Origin: Rhynchopus sp. YZ270_cl-10
Taxonomy: Eukaryota
Assembly: GCA_964035575.1 (NCBI GenBank)
Contig: OZ037841.1
Coordinates: 372,001 to 436,000, forward strand
Length of the DNA stretch: 64,000 bases
Reading direction: 5' to 3'
The position numbers were made by a program, and so were the translations under genes. The notes beneath the pieces are model-generated. The model was not told where the DNA came from. It did not search any database and was given only the letters and a program-made list of their open reading frames with translations. Below are positions 1 through 12,051 of the stretch, one piece after another. Every line of letters begins with the position of its first letter. Positions within the stretch are counted from its first letter, which is position 1.

Positions 1-162
1 ATTCACGTGGGCACAGTATTTCTTTTTGTTTTTGGCTTAGACAATCTCCAAGAAGGCATTGCTATTTTTTTTTTTTTTTGTACTTTTTTTAAAAACCCAT
101 ACAATCGTAGAGGATTATGAGCAATGTTTTTGCGTTCAAAAAGATTCCTTTTTTTTTCCTCT

Positions 163-211
163 GAAAACTTGGTTGTATTAGTGTAGCCACCCTAGAGTGT
201 GCTCCACTATA
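163..211 (-). repeat. Family A hairpin micro-element (about 50 bp), representative copy
   Basis: Plus-strand GAAAACTTGGTTGTATTAGTGTAGCCACCCTAGAGTGTGCTCCACTATA recurs at about 39034, 42756, 50586 and 56476. The variant ...GTAGACACCCGAGGATGAACTCCAC occurs at about 1417, 38662, 53291 and 59879. Degenerate copies at about 39328, 41566 and 58060. Confidence 0.9.
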
Positions 212-950
212 CTTTTTGTTTGATAAACCTAAACCTTCCCGTGTTGTAAGTCACCTTGAAAAGGAAAGTGGAGATTGCACAACTGTGGCAACACAACCGA
301 GGCAACTACACTACTCCAATTTATCGGGAGGAAAAAAAATATTTTCGACACAGAGATATTTCCCATTATGCACCAGGTACAGCCCAGTACGATAAAAAAT
401 GGGTGTTGCTACAGTATTGAAGGCGCTGTGGGTTTTCTGAGTTAATTTGAGAGGGTTTGGGAGAATTTTTCCCCCTTTTTTTGCTTCGAAAGCGACTGAA
501 ATCGGAGCAAAAAAAAAGAAGAAAATCCTTTTAAAGAAGGGATATATGCCTCACACGATGCACAAACATACACAACACACTCTGGGCAGTGTTCTTCCAC
601 TCTAGGGACCTACCTGCAACCTGCTCTCAAACGCATATTTTCACCCATCTAAAATCGCTCCCGCTGCAAAAGGACTAACCCAGGGGAGTAAAAAAATCGG
701 CAAGGTCTTGCCGCCATACTTCAACAGAATTCACATGATGAGACACGTATGGGATACACAATCTTTCAGGGGTTGTTGAGGAGTGAGAAAAGGGAGGGGA
801 AGCACGGTGAAGGGGTGGGTAAACCTTTGTTCGGATGAATATGCAGACATCTAAACCACTATCGTTAATTACTGTTATTTTGTGTACTTCCCTATCAGAG
901 AAAAAAGGGGTTTTGAAAGATAAATCCTCAAGTACACATCTAAAAGAAAA

Positions 951-994
951 GTTTATAAGATGACCCTAAAGCCTCTTGTTGCTTAGTCACCTAA
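951..994 (-). repeat. Family B hairpin micro-element (about 45 bp), representative copy
   Basis: Plus-strand GTTTATAAGATGA(A/C/T)CCTAAGCCTCTCGTGCTTAGTCACCT flanked by A-runs. Related copies at about 4020, 7002, 8070, 13486, 14951, 20617, 21841, 31278, 31452, 41157, 41437, 47258, 49158, 58253 and 63880. Confidence 0.88.
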
Positions 995-1000
995 AAAGAA

Positions 1001-1106
1001 GTTGACTTGAAATACAACAGCCCGCTTGTGACAGTGTACGTTGGTATGAGCTGTGTACCGGGGGTGGACCTCAACCATGCAGTCCTACATCCTATTGTGG
1101 TTTACT
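1001..1106 (-). repeat. Family C dispersed repeat (about 110 bp), representative copy
   Basis: GTT(C)GACTTGAAATACAAGCCTCTCGTGACAGTGTACC...GGACC...CCATGCAGTCCTACA. Full or partial copies at about 1950, 3395, 20732, 21550, 31335, 38143 and 46397. Confidence 0.8.
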
Positions 1107-1699
1107 AAAAAGGCACGATAAAGTGAAAACGTTGCAAACGCCTCGTCAGACATTTGTCTGGGGAGGGTTTTTGAAATAAACACCAAACTGGGTAAAGATC
1201 TGTTATGAAATATCGGCCTCAAGCCTGTGTACTGCAGAAGGTACAGACGTAGGTCGTCCTCCACCCGAGCAGCTTTTAAAATTTCACAAAAAAAATTCAC
1301 TTTTCTTCTTCAGACGTATCCACAAAAAAAAATACAAAAATCGAGCATTTCATTTCTCGGGTTGGATAAAACAAAAGAGGTGGGGGTTGGGGAAAGTATT
1401 GGTTCTCTTCTTCTTTGAACACTTGGTTGTATTAGTGTAGACACCCGAGGATGAACTCCACTGTACAATTTTTTTTGGTTTTGTTACACGGGTTGCCTAC
1501 GATTGTCTACAATCATACTAGGATCAACACAAGAGGGTACAATCGCAGTTGATCGTACCACGATCGTAGGTAACCCTGTGTTGTTAAGAGATAGTTTAAC
1601 TGGAATAACTTTTTGTCATTTTTTTTTTTTTTTGTATTTTGGTTTCTCACACAAGGGGCTGGGAAGAGGCGCAGAATTGCACTGAAAACGATGCTCTTT

Positions 1700-1761
1700 T
1701 TTTTTGTTGTATCGACAATCACTGTACACCTACTGGTATAAAGATCTGCACTCAATGTCGG
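1700..1761 (-). repeat. Family F hairpin repeat
   Basis: TTGTTGTATCGACAATCACTGTACACCTACTGGTATAAAGATCTGCACTCAATGTCGG, near-identical at about 58533-58590. The TGTATCGACAAT end alone occurs at about 33600 and 50070, with variants at about 41640 and 55795. Confidence 0.7.
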
Positions 1762-4111
1762 CCATGGAAGCCTTTGTACGACGGGAAAATTTTTTTCTTT
1801 TTGTTGATGCCATCTCTTTCGAGACAACACCAGAGGAATTCTCGCACTCTGAGAAAGCTAAAAAAATTACTTTTGAACAGTTGTAGTAAAGTTGAAAACT
1901 GCCAACACCCTCCTGTGGAGGTAGGCCACCACAACAACAAAAAACAATAAATACAAAGCCCTCTCGTGACAGTGTAAAGGATGGACCAACAAAATTGAAG
2001 ATGAATGCATCGTCTCGTGCACACATTAGCTGGGTCATTTGAAAAAGGGTTACCCGATAGGGGGGGAGGAGACGTTTGTGAAACGCTGCGAGACACTGCG
2101 ATAGTGTCCAAAAAAAAAAAATCGTCTCCCCTTTTTTTCAGATGACCCAAATAGCTATAAAAAGGGTAATTGAATTATACTATTGCCACATGGCCATGGC
2201 AGTATCTTTTCTTCACAGTGTCCGCAACATAACATAAAAACATACCGAAAAAAAGGGACATAACAAAACTAACAGAAGCGAATCTAAGGATCGAAGAGGG
2301 GAGGAAGATTGGGCAGAGGAAAGGGAGCAAAGGCTCATTTTTGGGGGAAACGTTTTTTTTTTTTTTTAAATTTTTTGTGATGTTGTTTTTGTTGCTATTG
2401 TATCGACAAAAAAAATCACCCCACCAGAAGAGCTGTGTTCTGTCGGGTATGTCACTCAATAAGGGCGAAAAAAAGGATACTTTTTTTTTGATAATTTTGT
2501 TGTATTAGTGTAGCTCCCATATTGATAGTCTTTTTTGTTGATAAATTTGAAACAGCGAAAATGCCTCGTGGATGCAGGGCTATCTACACATATACCTTTT
2601 GGGTTGGAATTCAAAACCGAGCCACGAAAGACATGCACAGGGTGGAACAAAAAAAAGGGGGAAGAAAACACTCCCTCCCCACGGGAGCGCGTTGTGGTGG
2701 GGAGAGTTTTGGAACCCGACCTGCTTCCCCTTGCGGGTTTTTTTGCGGGTGTGGTCACTATTTCTTTGATAAATTGTTGTAATAGTGTAGCCAACCTGTG
2801 TGTACAAAGCTCCACTTTCACCCACATTTTTTTGAAACAAAAATGCCGTGTGTTCTTTGCGAACTCCCGACCCCTTTTTTCGTTTTCGTTTTCGTTACAA
2901 GCCTTTTTTTTCAAAAACATACTATTCGTTAGTGCAGCTGCTCTCTCTCACACTGCCACTCTTACGATCCTATTTCACAGGAACATTGGTCCCCTCTCTG
3001 GTGTCTTTACGACACCGGAGTGGTGTCAATGTTGCCTGGCTTTCTATCGAAAAGAAACATTCAAAAGAAAGTGAAGTTGATATTGTGGCAAAACGCCTCT
3101 CTGGTTAAGAGCAGGCACCTGACGCTCCGCAAGGGGTAGCGATCTCCCACCGGAGTGAAAAAGAAAAAGAAAAAGAAACCGAGGATCAGGTAGACGTAAA
3201 CACCTTCGTGTTTGCTCGTAAATCTACTTTCACCCACGCGCTCAGATTCATATACAATTCAATTCAAAGAAGACAGGACTCATTAAAGACAAACGTCTGT
3301 CTCACTGTGCACGTATATCCTGAGACAAAGATCAATCCTACAAAAAATGGTATTTTGGCTTTCCCCCCCAAATGTCACAAAAAAAGTGAACAATGTACCT
3401 TGGGGGGGTGAACCCCCCCAACCATGCAGTCCTACAATCCATTTTCGTGGTTTACATCTGGGGGGGAAAAAAGGGTGATGCTGGGATGGGAGGCCTTTGT
3501 TCCTACTGGAATTAATAGAGTGATGATTTTGACATACAAAGCGTACCTGTTTGGTGCGTGACGAGTACACCGGAGTGGACCCAGGGTCAAGGAAAGGTGA
3601 ACAGGGAAAGCGAGAAAACAAAAAAGAAAACAGAGAACGGAAGGGAGACAAAAATTTGCCAGGTGTGCTCCACACAGTTAATTTTTTTTGTCTTTTGTGT
3701 GTGTGTAAAGAAGGCAAATAAAAAAACCCCCTCAAAAATGCTTTCGTGTTTCCACCGAAAGCGGCAAGGTCTGAAGGAATGTCTGCAAAAGAAAAAAAGA
3801 GAAAAAAGAGGGCAGCGGAACTGCAATACACGCTCTATAAGATGAGTAATTTCTATTGAAAAGGCGCAGCGTATGTGAAAGTGTTGATTATGTTGGCAGC
3901 TGTGGTCTGATAATGTATTTTGATAATATCAGCAAGTCCCAAAAAAAAAAATCAAAGAAAAATAAAAAGTGAAGTTGATAGTATACGCCTCTGGGACGCA
4001 GGCATTGACACTCCAAAAGAGTTGATAATATGAACCTGAGTCTCGCGGTTAGTCACCAAAAAAAAAATGTTGGCAAGTCGAATTTAATTCTTTGTAGTCA
4101 AGTGAGGTACA

Positions 4112-5056
4112 CAAGGATATCTCTAAATCCGACCCTTTTTGGCCAAATTCCGAAATACAAATCCAAAAAATTCCCTGTTTTTTTGATACAGTTTTTGGGC
4201 TATTTTTTGACTTTTTTGCGGAAAAAATTTTCCCCCACAAAACTTTTTCGACATGTTGACAGGGCTCTTGCTAATCACCCCTTTGGCCAAAACGGGGTGA
4301 TTTGGGGTCCCGAGCTTTCCCCCCGTAAAAGCGGTCGCTGCGCGCGTGTCGCGCGCGACTCCCTGCCAGTGCAGGGAGGTGATGCACAAAATCGTAGAAG
4401 GCTGGTGGGGAGAGTGAACCACGATCCATCGTGGGTGTCAGCCTTATCAGTAACCTCAGTACATTTATGTAAGAAAAGGTAGTCAAGGCACCCAAAGGTT
4501 CCTGGCGAAGCCACGGTACGCAACATTTCTAAAAAATGTTGACATAAAATGGCACTGTCGTTGGTAATTAGCATCAGGAAAATGCCCACGCGGGAAATCG
4601 GCGCCTCAATACATTATTGTCATCAATTTTGCTAAAGCGAAAGCTTCTGGCGAAGCCACGGTACGCAACATTTGAGATCTCCTCCGTCTTCCAACCCTCA
4701 TAATTGAATGCGATTGACACGTCTTCTCCTTCTTCTTGTGCACAACCTCAAATGTCTCCGATGCTGGACGTTTGACTGCAACTGACGCGAACATCTGCAC
4801 CCACAACAACTACAGCAACTGTCTGCACTGGACCAATTTTTTTCTCGAAAATCCGAGATTTTTATTTTTCCCCCCCTCACTTTTTTCGCTTATTTGATCG
4901 CGTTGATCGATCGCATCCCACAGGCGAAACTCTCTGGGGGTGGGGTGGGGTAGAATGTACCTGAAATTGCTGTAGGGAAAAACAGGGAATTTTTTTCAGG
5001 GAATTTTTTTATTTTCCTGAAATCCATATCCAAATCCACAATTAGAAAAATCCCTG
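4112..5056. mobile_element. hAT-like non-autonomous DNA transposon
   Basis: Imperfect 15-bp TIR CAAGGATATCTCTAA / TTAGAAAAATCCCTG. Perfect 8-bp TSD GAGGTACA at 4104-4111 and 5057-5064. Confidence 0.8.
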
Positions 5057-6233
5057 GAGGTACACAAAAAAAAAAAAAAAAAAAGGCATATTTTTTTACC
5101 CCACAATCGTTATCGTGTGGTGACTCAAAAGATAAAAGAGGCAAAAGAAATGATGTCAAGATGATGCGAGCAAAAAAAAAGAAATTCAAGAATAGGACCA
5201 TCAAACGACTGCAACACTCCTTGGTTTAAGGAAAGGTTTCCAGAAAATACAGTATTGAAAAAAAAAATGAAACTTGAAAAGATGAATCTCCACATACGCA
5301 TCTTTTTGAAAAACAAAAAAGACATTAAATAAAGGGGGCAAATTCAGACACAAAAGAGGGGAAAAAACAACGAATAATGTTTTTTTGGAACGCGTTATCG
5401 AGAGGGTAAAAGAGACAATAATATCACATAATGCGAACAATATCCTCCACAATAGCTTTATTGGGGGTGGGCAGGCAGGGTTGCACACTACAGTGAAGCA
5501 AATGGCAGGTGTAGTTGTTGTTGAAGCACCTCCGACTGACCCACGTACAATGTCAGCCATCCGGGATGAAAGCAGAACTAAGTAAGCCAACGGTGAAACC
5601 ACAAGTCAAAAGCCATTTACTTCACCTTCGTGCAATACATCCAAAGGATTTTTGCCCTTTTGTGCATTTTCGAAAATATTGTCAAAAAATTCTTCCTGGT
5701 TTGAAGAACATCCCCCCCCACCCACCCTCCCGCTTCTGCACCTAGAGCTCTACTCTACACGACTCACAAAATGCAGAGTTTTTGACAAACACGCGCTGAC
5801 ACCTCCAGACAGGCGCAGCACACACCCTGTAAACACCAGGAGCACTGAACCTGCCGGACGGAGCAATTCCTGCATTTCTTTTTGTAACTAAATGAACGAA
5901 CGGCTTAGAAAATGCTGTCGAAATGAACATTATTCTTCTTCTTCTCCGCCAATTCTTTCTTTCTTTCGTTTTCAAAACCTACCCAAAATCGACGGGCTTT
6001 TGATAACGACACAATGCAAAGATGCTTCCTGGAACAAATTGAAAGTAAATTTGATAACGAGCAGACCCCCCCCTTCAACATGCAGTCACCACCTCTCTAC
6101 CTCCTACCAAACTGCCCTGATTGAAACAAAAACCAAAAGGCAGTTCTCTCCACACATGCATCCATTCACCATCGATCACCTTTCGGCAACCCTCCCATAA
6201 CACCCATTTCACCTCCTCCTCCTCTCCCTCCTA

Positions 6234-6875
6234 TCATGCCGTTGACGACGACGACGCTAGGTGTGCTAATGAACCGTTTGGGGATTGCGTGGAGCATGTG
6301 TCCTCTAACGCCTCGCTCTCCCCACCACTCCCCCCTTCCCCGCCACCTCGCGGGAGGAAGACCGAGAGAAAGCTCGCAAAGCGGTGATGGGTCTGCTCGG
6401 ACTCTGTCCGCAAGAGGAGCTGGTGGCTTTCACACTCCTCCTCAAAATCGATGCAGAGGTACAGACTTCCCTTCTTAGACGCCTGCGGATGCATATCACT
6501 GGTTACGTGAGTTCGAAGTCGGGTTGTGTTGGTGAAAGAGATTCTTCCGCAAGGCATAATGTCACCCTTTCCTTTGAAGTATTGCACCGACCATGCGTCA
6601 ACAATGAAATACCGGGTCCGCCAGTTTTTGAAAGTTCCTACTCGCCCGACACTGAATTTATCGAGTGTGCCACTGCAGGTTTCCTTCCGTGGCTCGGAGA
6701 TGGCGACACTCTTGGAAACGCCTCGGCGGAGGGCCGCGTCACGACGATGCGGGTCGACACACTCAGCATGAAGATATTCGATGCTCCCAGCACGGCGAAG
6801 GACAAGCAGGTTGCTCGCCTCATTCCCACATGACTCGCAGAAGCCGTGTCCACGTTCACGGGTATCCTCTACCAT
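6234..6875 (-). CDS. PH-domain protein (213 aa, single exon)
   Basis: ORF with PH motif SGTLDKFSVG..FKNWRTRYFIV...QYFK...CGRISF...LLLRTESEQTHHRF, in a GC-rich coding island. Confidence 0.8.
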   Translation of the reverse strand: MVEDTRERGHGFCESCGNEASNLLVLRRAGSIEYLHAECVDPHRRDAALRRGVSKSVAISEPRKETCSGTLDKFSVGRVGTFKNWRTRYFIVDAWSVQYFKGKGDIMPCGRISFTNTTRLRTHVTSDMHPQASKKGSLYLCIDFEEECESHQLLLRTESEQTHHRFASFLSVFLPRGGGEGGSGGESEALEDTCSTQSPNGSLAHLASSSSTA

Positions 6876-7139
6876 GGGTGGGGGAAAAGGAAGGAAGGAA
6901 GGAAGGGAGGGAGGAGGATGCGGTATTATTTAGTGTTGCTTTGTCCAACTCTGTAGTGTGTGTAGTGTAGGAGGGAGGGGAGGGGAGGGGGTTTAAAAAA
7001 AGTTTTTAAGATGATCCTAAGAATATCGCGTCACACGATATCACCTCGGAGCATGGTGACGCTTGGTGATGCCGATGTTTGATGTGTGATGTTGCTTTCG
7101 CGAATCTATTTCTCGCTCTGACCCCTGTACAGAAGGCCG

Positions 7140-7593
7140 CCGGCACTGTGCACGACAAAAGGAAGACGATGACGAAAGAAAGCAGACATCTACGCCCGCT
7201 TCCTCAAGGAACAGCTGCAGCTGAGGGAAGACAGCCGCGCCCTCTGCATTCTCGACTCCGCAACAGCACACCTCACGCATGCAACACGCACCAAAATGAC
7301 TTCAAATTTCATGCGCACGTCGACCATTAAGGGTGGACGTCTTCTTCGCCAGCCCTTATAAATCCTATCATCTCCAGGAGTGGACGAAGGTGTGCAGCAT
7401 CAAGAGGACATCCAAACAAAAAAGATTTCTGCTCACAAAACTTGTCGCTGACGCCGTTGACCTGGCACTGGAGAACGCGAGTGTCGTGGATCAGTTTGCA
7501 AGATTGGAAGGTGACAGCGGGCATCCGAGGTTTGAGCAACTCAGAGCTCTCCACATAGATGAAGGAGAAGACAAAACGACGCCTTTCTCCTGA
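7140..7593 (+). pseudogene. pogo/Tigger-type DDE_1 transposase remnant (frameshifted)
   Basis: One frame reads ADIYARFLKEQL...LCILDSATAHLT...TIKGG. The next frame reads VDVFFASPYKSY. Together they match the DDE_1 pattern LLILD...H...IP.G.T..LQP.DV..F.PFK with the T..LQP segment deleted. Confidence 0.7.
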
Positions 7594-8182
7594 AGAAGAT
7601 CTAGTGGAAATGGGAGTAAAACGAAGGCTTTTTTTGAAAAAATGGAATCGGTGTGTTGCAGTTGTGCACACTAAAACAAAAACAATAACAGCAAGAAAAA
7701 AAAAAACAATAAAAAGGTGAGACAAAGTTAGAATTGGGCCTCATGGTAAAGAAGCTGTGGGGAATATTGACAAACTTCTTTGAACAAAAAAAAAAACGCA
7801 AAATGGAAAGAATAATAGAATAAATTTGTGTTGAAAATCAGTGTTTTTTTGGGTAATTCCGTAAAGTGAGGAATACTCAAAAATAATGAATTTGTGTCAC
7901 ACCTTCTCTCTCTCTTCCCCTACCACCTAATTCTGCTAGATTGAATAGGCGCAAGAAGGGGAACGATACAATAGTTTTATTTACTTGAAATGCTAGTGCC
8001 TTCTCATGGCGTTTGTGCACCTTTTTTTGTAGTGTGTGGCCAGCACCATCAGAGTATAAAGAAAAGAAGTGTTTTGTGAGATGAACATCGACCTTGCTAG
8101 TTGCCAACTCACCTCTTCGGATGGCAATGAAGTTAAAAGTGAAGTTGAAAAAAATCTGAAAAAAAGGGAGCGAAAAACCGCA

Positions 8183-9527
8183 TCACTTCTTCTTCCGCGC
8201 TATTTTTGTTGGGGATGTTTTCCTTTTTGCGAGCGTTTTAGCCATCCCACTTGGGGCAGGGGGTGCCGAGGGGGTGGGGAAGGCCTCCTCCTCACCCAGC
8301 CTCTCCCCTTCCCCTTTCTCCTCCGCTTCCTTCATTTCAGCGAGCTCAATGGCGCGGGATTTTGCACGTTCACCGAGACGTACTGCGGCGTTGTAGTACA
8401 CATCGGTCACACCAAGACGTTTCAAACGAGACAACGGCAACGCATCGCGAGGTACCCACACCGGAATTGGGTCTACACGGAGTGCCATTCTTTCGAGCAG
8501 TCCGTTCATCACCTCGTCACACTTTCCCCAGATGCGGAGGTCCGCTTCTTTGTCATGTGGAGTAGGCTGCAGATTGATGATAACCGTCTTCTTTGCCATA
8601 AACGGGAAATGGGTGATATGCCCTAAGGACATGCTTGTCCCCATGACGATGCAGAGGTCCGCCTTTTTGCAGTGTTTTTCGCATTTTTCGTAGTCCGCGT
8701 CGTCTAGGTATTCACCAAAGTTGATGTGGGTGTCCTTTGTGCCTACGTTGGTGTCTTGTGTCCCAATTAACCCATTTTTGGCAAATCCGGTGGATTTTGA
8801 GCCAGTTTTGCTGTTCGTTTGGCGTCCTGTGTATGTCTTTGGTGTGCTAGAGTCGCATCTCTCGCAGGTACCGACTTTGTGGTCGTGGACGTGGATGCCT
8901 TTTTGGCGGACGTGGTAGTTGCGTTCGAAGTCGTATCCGCAAGAGGTGCAGCGTTCGATGTAGATGTCGCCGTGCAGGCAGCACAGCTGGTCTACGGAGA
9001 GGCCAGATTTGCGGAAGATGCCGTCGAGGTTTGTGGTGACGACGTGGTGCGCACGACCTACCTGCACCATCTTCGCCATCGCCATGTGGCACAGCGTCGG
9101 CTGGGCATCCGTCGACGGCACCTTCTTCGCAGCCTTCGCAGTCTCATTGCGCTGCTCCTTCAGCAGCTTCGCCAGCTCCACCTCATCGCTACTGCTCCGT
9201 GCACCAGCCTGCAGCTGTTTGATACGCCGCTGTGTCCACGACCCGCTAGGACCACGATAATCAGACACCCCAGCGCTGGTCGAAACTCCCGCTCCGGTGA
9301 AGAATACAGTGTATTTGCTGGACTGTGGTTTTGAAATGGGATCAAACAAAAAAAAAGACTCAAACCCCCAGACGCTTTTGACCACCGTAAAGTAGAAAGC
9401 TGGGGTGGGGAGGGGGTGGGGGACGCTGTACCTGCATTGCCTCTGCGAGAGAGTCGAGCTTCTGCGCAAAAACGTCTTCTGTGTCGTAGTGCTCTTTTAC
9501 ACGCGATGCATCGACGGTAGAGGCCAT
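8183..9527 (-). CDS. Sirtuin (Sir2 family, SIRT6/7-like NAD-dependent deacylase); exons 9527-9432 and 9322-8183
   Basis: Motifs FFTGAGVSTSAG..DYRG..G.WT, TNLDG, LHG, CxxC...CxxC, NFGE and GTS. The GT-AG intron 9431-9323 joins MASTVDASRVKEHYD...AEAMQ to SSKYTVFF in frame. Confidence 0.9.
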
Positions 9528-10089
9528 AGCAGGGTAGTGTGACTTGGTGTTGTGTAAGACTGTGTTAAGGTGGTGGTATGTGGTATGTGGTGGCTGCCTC
9601 GTGTAATTCTTGCGCAGAATATGGCCCTTGTATATGGCATGTGGGATAGGGGAGGGAAACTATGGCGCTGAGGGCGCTTTTGATGGTTACTACTGGGGGC
9701 AGCCGGGTACACTTCATCAGGGTGTCATAATTTCCACCTGGAAAAATGCTTCGTTTTGTGCATAAAACCTTCAAGAAACCTCCGCTGCGGTAGTACAATG
9801 AAAGGGGGGCGGAGGAAAAAAAGAAGACCTTGATTTCATCTTGAGCTCCTGAAAAAAGATAAAATATCCTGGAAAGGGTTTTACCTCTACAAATCTGGAA
9901 AGAAAACGAGAATCACTAAAAAAGCTTGCAAGATACCTCATGATGTCACTATAATATTGAAAATCATGCAAAAAAAAAAAAACTAAAAGAAAATATGACT
10001 CAGAACTTGGGGCAACCATGTGAATGCTGCACCTCTCCTCTCTCCTTTCTATCCATGAGAATCAATCCCAACATTTCCACCCCTTCTTC

Positions 10090-12051
10090 CTAATAGGTGC
10101 TTTTATAAAACGTAAAGATGTACATGGGATACGCCATATGAGCTTCATGCAGGACAACAACGTCCTCCGCGAACGCAGAGCTGCAGTCGAAGAAGCCTGC
10201 TCCGTCTGCGGGCGGACAGAGCGCGTACTCGGTGGTACTGACACCCGGCATACCGACACTGACTAAGCAATGCAGGACATACACCGAGTCAGGCGCAGAC
10301 ACATCCAGCACAGAGGCCCTTGCTGCATCCAACGTACCATAGAAATGCCTTCCATTCCCTATCGGAGTCACACCACGCCCTATACTCTGTGCCACCGACT
10401 TCCTCTCCGATGTGAACCCATGCCGTAAGATCATTGCCACATCATCGCGCGACACAGGTGTGTACATGACCCTTTCATTGTGGCTGCCGCCGTTGCGTGC
10501 AGCAACACATTGACGCATATGAAGGTATACTGCCCACACGGATTTGTTCTGTATCCTCTCAAGGTACCCAAAGCTGTAGTAATATGTCGTATTGTCCTTC
10601 GAGCCTGTCGGCAGTGCCGCCGCCTCTGTTGCGATTGCATTCCATTCTGCGGAGTTGGCTTCTACTTTGTACACCATGATGTCCGCCCCGGTCTCCCAAC
10701 GGCCTCGGAAATGAACGCTTTCTTGACTCCCCTTTGCGGTCTGCGGTGCATGCGCCATCTTAACGTGGCTCATCACTGCACAATGCTCTTTCGCACGATG
10801 TGTCAAACAACGATTGCTGACCTCCAGCGTTTTGTTGCATATCAAATAGAAGAGGCACCGCTCCCCCATGGGGCATGGGTGGGTGTACTGCTTGGTGTGG
10901 AGAAGAGACCGTTCGGTGCAGTCCACCCCATCGGGACAGTCCTCGATTGGTGTCAAAATGTGCTCTGTGCAGTCGAGGACACACGACGTTTCTTCCACTG
11001 CAGGCGCAGGTAGTGGTACACCGGCGTTGTCGAGGACCAGAAGGGGGGCACCCAAGGTGTCGCAAAGCTGCAAGGCAGGCCCTGCAGCGTTTTGCCGAGA
11101 GGTTCGTGTCGCCACCTGCAAGGTGACATCCTGGCGGCGCAGAGCGAGCAACTCCGGCGACCCTGCCTGCTTCACCTCCATCGCCGAGAAATCTACCAAA
11201 TACGTTTCCCCACGGAGCGCCAACACTGCCCGCGTTTCCATCGCCGTTAGATACTCCTTTTCAATATATTCTGTGTCCATAAAAGACAACGGCCGTGGCC
11301 GCGCCCCACCCTCACACCATATCGCCCAGCACGGCAATCTAGTTATATGCAGCTTCTGCACGGCACGGCCCTGATGCAACGCTGTACTGCACAGATTCAT
11401 TGTGTCGAAGTTGACACGCTCCTCTATCGTCTCCTCCATGCCGTCAGGGAAACGACACCATTTGAGCCGTGTGTGGTACCCATAGGGTCGTTCCCGCCAA
11501 TACCACTGCACCGATGTGCAGTCCAGAGCCAGCATCTCCTCCACACTGTGTACGCTTGCAACAGAAGACGATTTGCGCAGTACCGAACTACCTCTCTGCA
11601 CCCTCCCCGGGGAGCAAGGAGTCAGCGAGTTGGCATGCCCGCCCTTCACCCATCCCGAGGGGGGCGGGGGGGACTCTCTCAACGCACTGCTTCGGCGTGC
11701 GTCGAGATTGCAAAAACCTACCATATCGTTCCTGATAACGTCATGCTTGCGAACACATAACGACCCCATCAAACAGTTTCCTAGAAGCTGGTGTGCGCAG
11801 ACCTGATCGCGTGCTCGCGGTTTCTTCTCTAGAGGTGAAGCGGCGCTGGTCCGCCGTCGTGTTTGGTTGCGAAATATGGCAGCATCGCGTGGAGAAGAGA
11901 TGCAAAAGGAGATGGAAGCGGTCGAGAATGAGGCACGTGGTGTGTGTTCTACTAGAGGCGTTTCAGATGGGTGCGAGACAGCAGGTGACACAGGGTGTAC
12001 TGCAGGAGAGGATAAACTCTCACGACGACGGCGAGAAAGGCGGACAGACAT
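10090..12051 (-). CDS. CCCH zinc finger-WWE-PBZ-PARP-like protein (653 aa), PARP12/ZAP-like architecture
   Basis: CAHQLLGNCLMGSLCVRKH (CCCH), two WWE-like segments (VQWYWRE..W; ..YLVDFSAM), CPDGVDCTERSLLHTKQYTHP (PBZ-like) and a C-terminal PARP-like fold (ERIQNKSVW..Y, NERVMY, I...GF, GNGRHF, AYPMYIF). Confidence 0.8.
   Translation of the reverse strand: MSVRLSRRRRESLSSPAVHPVSPAVSHPSETPLVEHTPRASFSTASISFCISSPRDAAIFRNQTRRRTSAASPLEKKPRARDQVCAHQLLGNCLMGSLCVRKHDVIRNDMVGFCNLDARRSSALRESPPPPSGWVKGGHANSLTPCSPGRVQRGSSVLRKSSSVASVHSVEEMLALDCTSVQWYWRERPYGYHTRLKWCRFPDGMEETIEERVNFDTMNLCSTALHQGRAVQKLHITRLPCWAIWCEGGARPRPLSFMDTEYIEKEYLTAMETRAVLALRGETYLVDFSAMEVKQAGSPELLALRRQDVTLQVATRTSRQNAAGPALQLCDTLGAPLLVLDNAGVPLPAPAVEETSCVLDCTEHILTPIEDCPDGVDCTERSLLHTKQYTHPCPMGERCLFYLICNKTLEVSNRCLTHRAKEHCAVMSHVKMAHAPQTAKGSQESVHFRGRWETGADIMVYKVEANSAEWNAIATEAAALPTGSKDNTTYYYSFGYLERIQNKSVWAVYLHMRQCVAARNGGSHNERVMYTPVSRDDVAMILRHGFTSERKSVAQSIGRGVTPIGNGRHFYGTLDAARASVLDVSAPDSVYVLHCLVSVGMPGVSTTEYALCPPADGAGFFDCSSAFAEDVVVLHEAHMAYPMYIFTFYKSTY

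Noticed and set aside
8069..11806. Plus-strand ORFs overlapping the sirtuin and PARP-like genes
   Set aside because: Antisense shadows of GC-rich coding sequence with no recognisable motifs.
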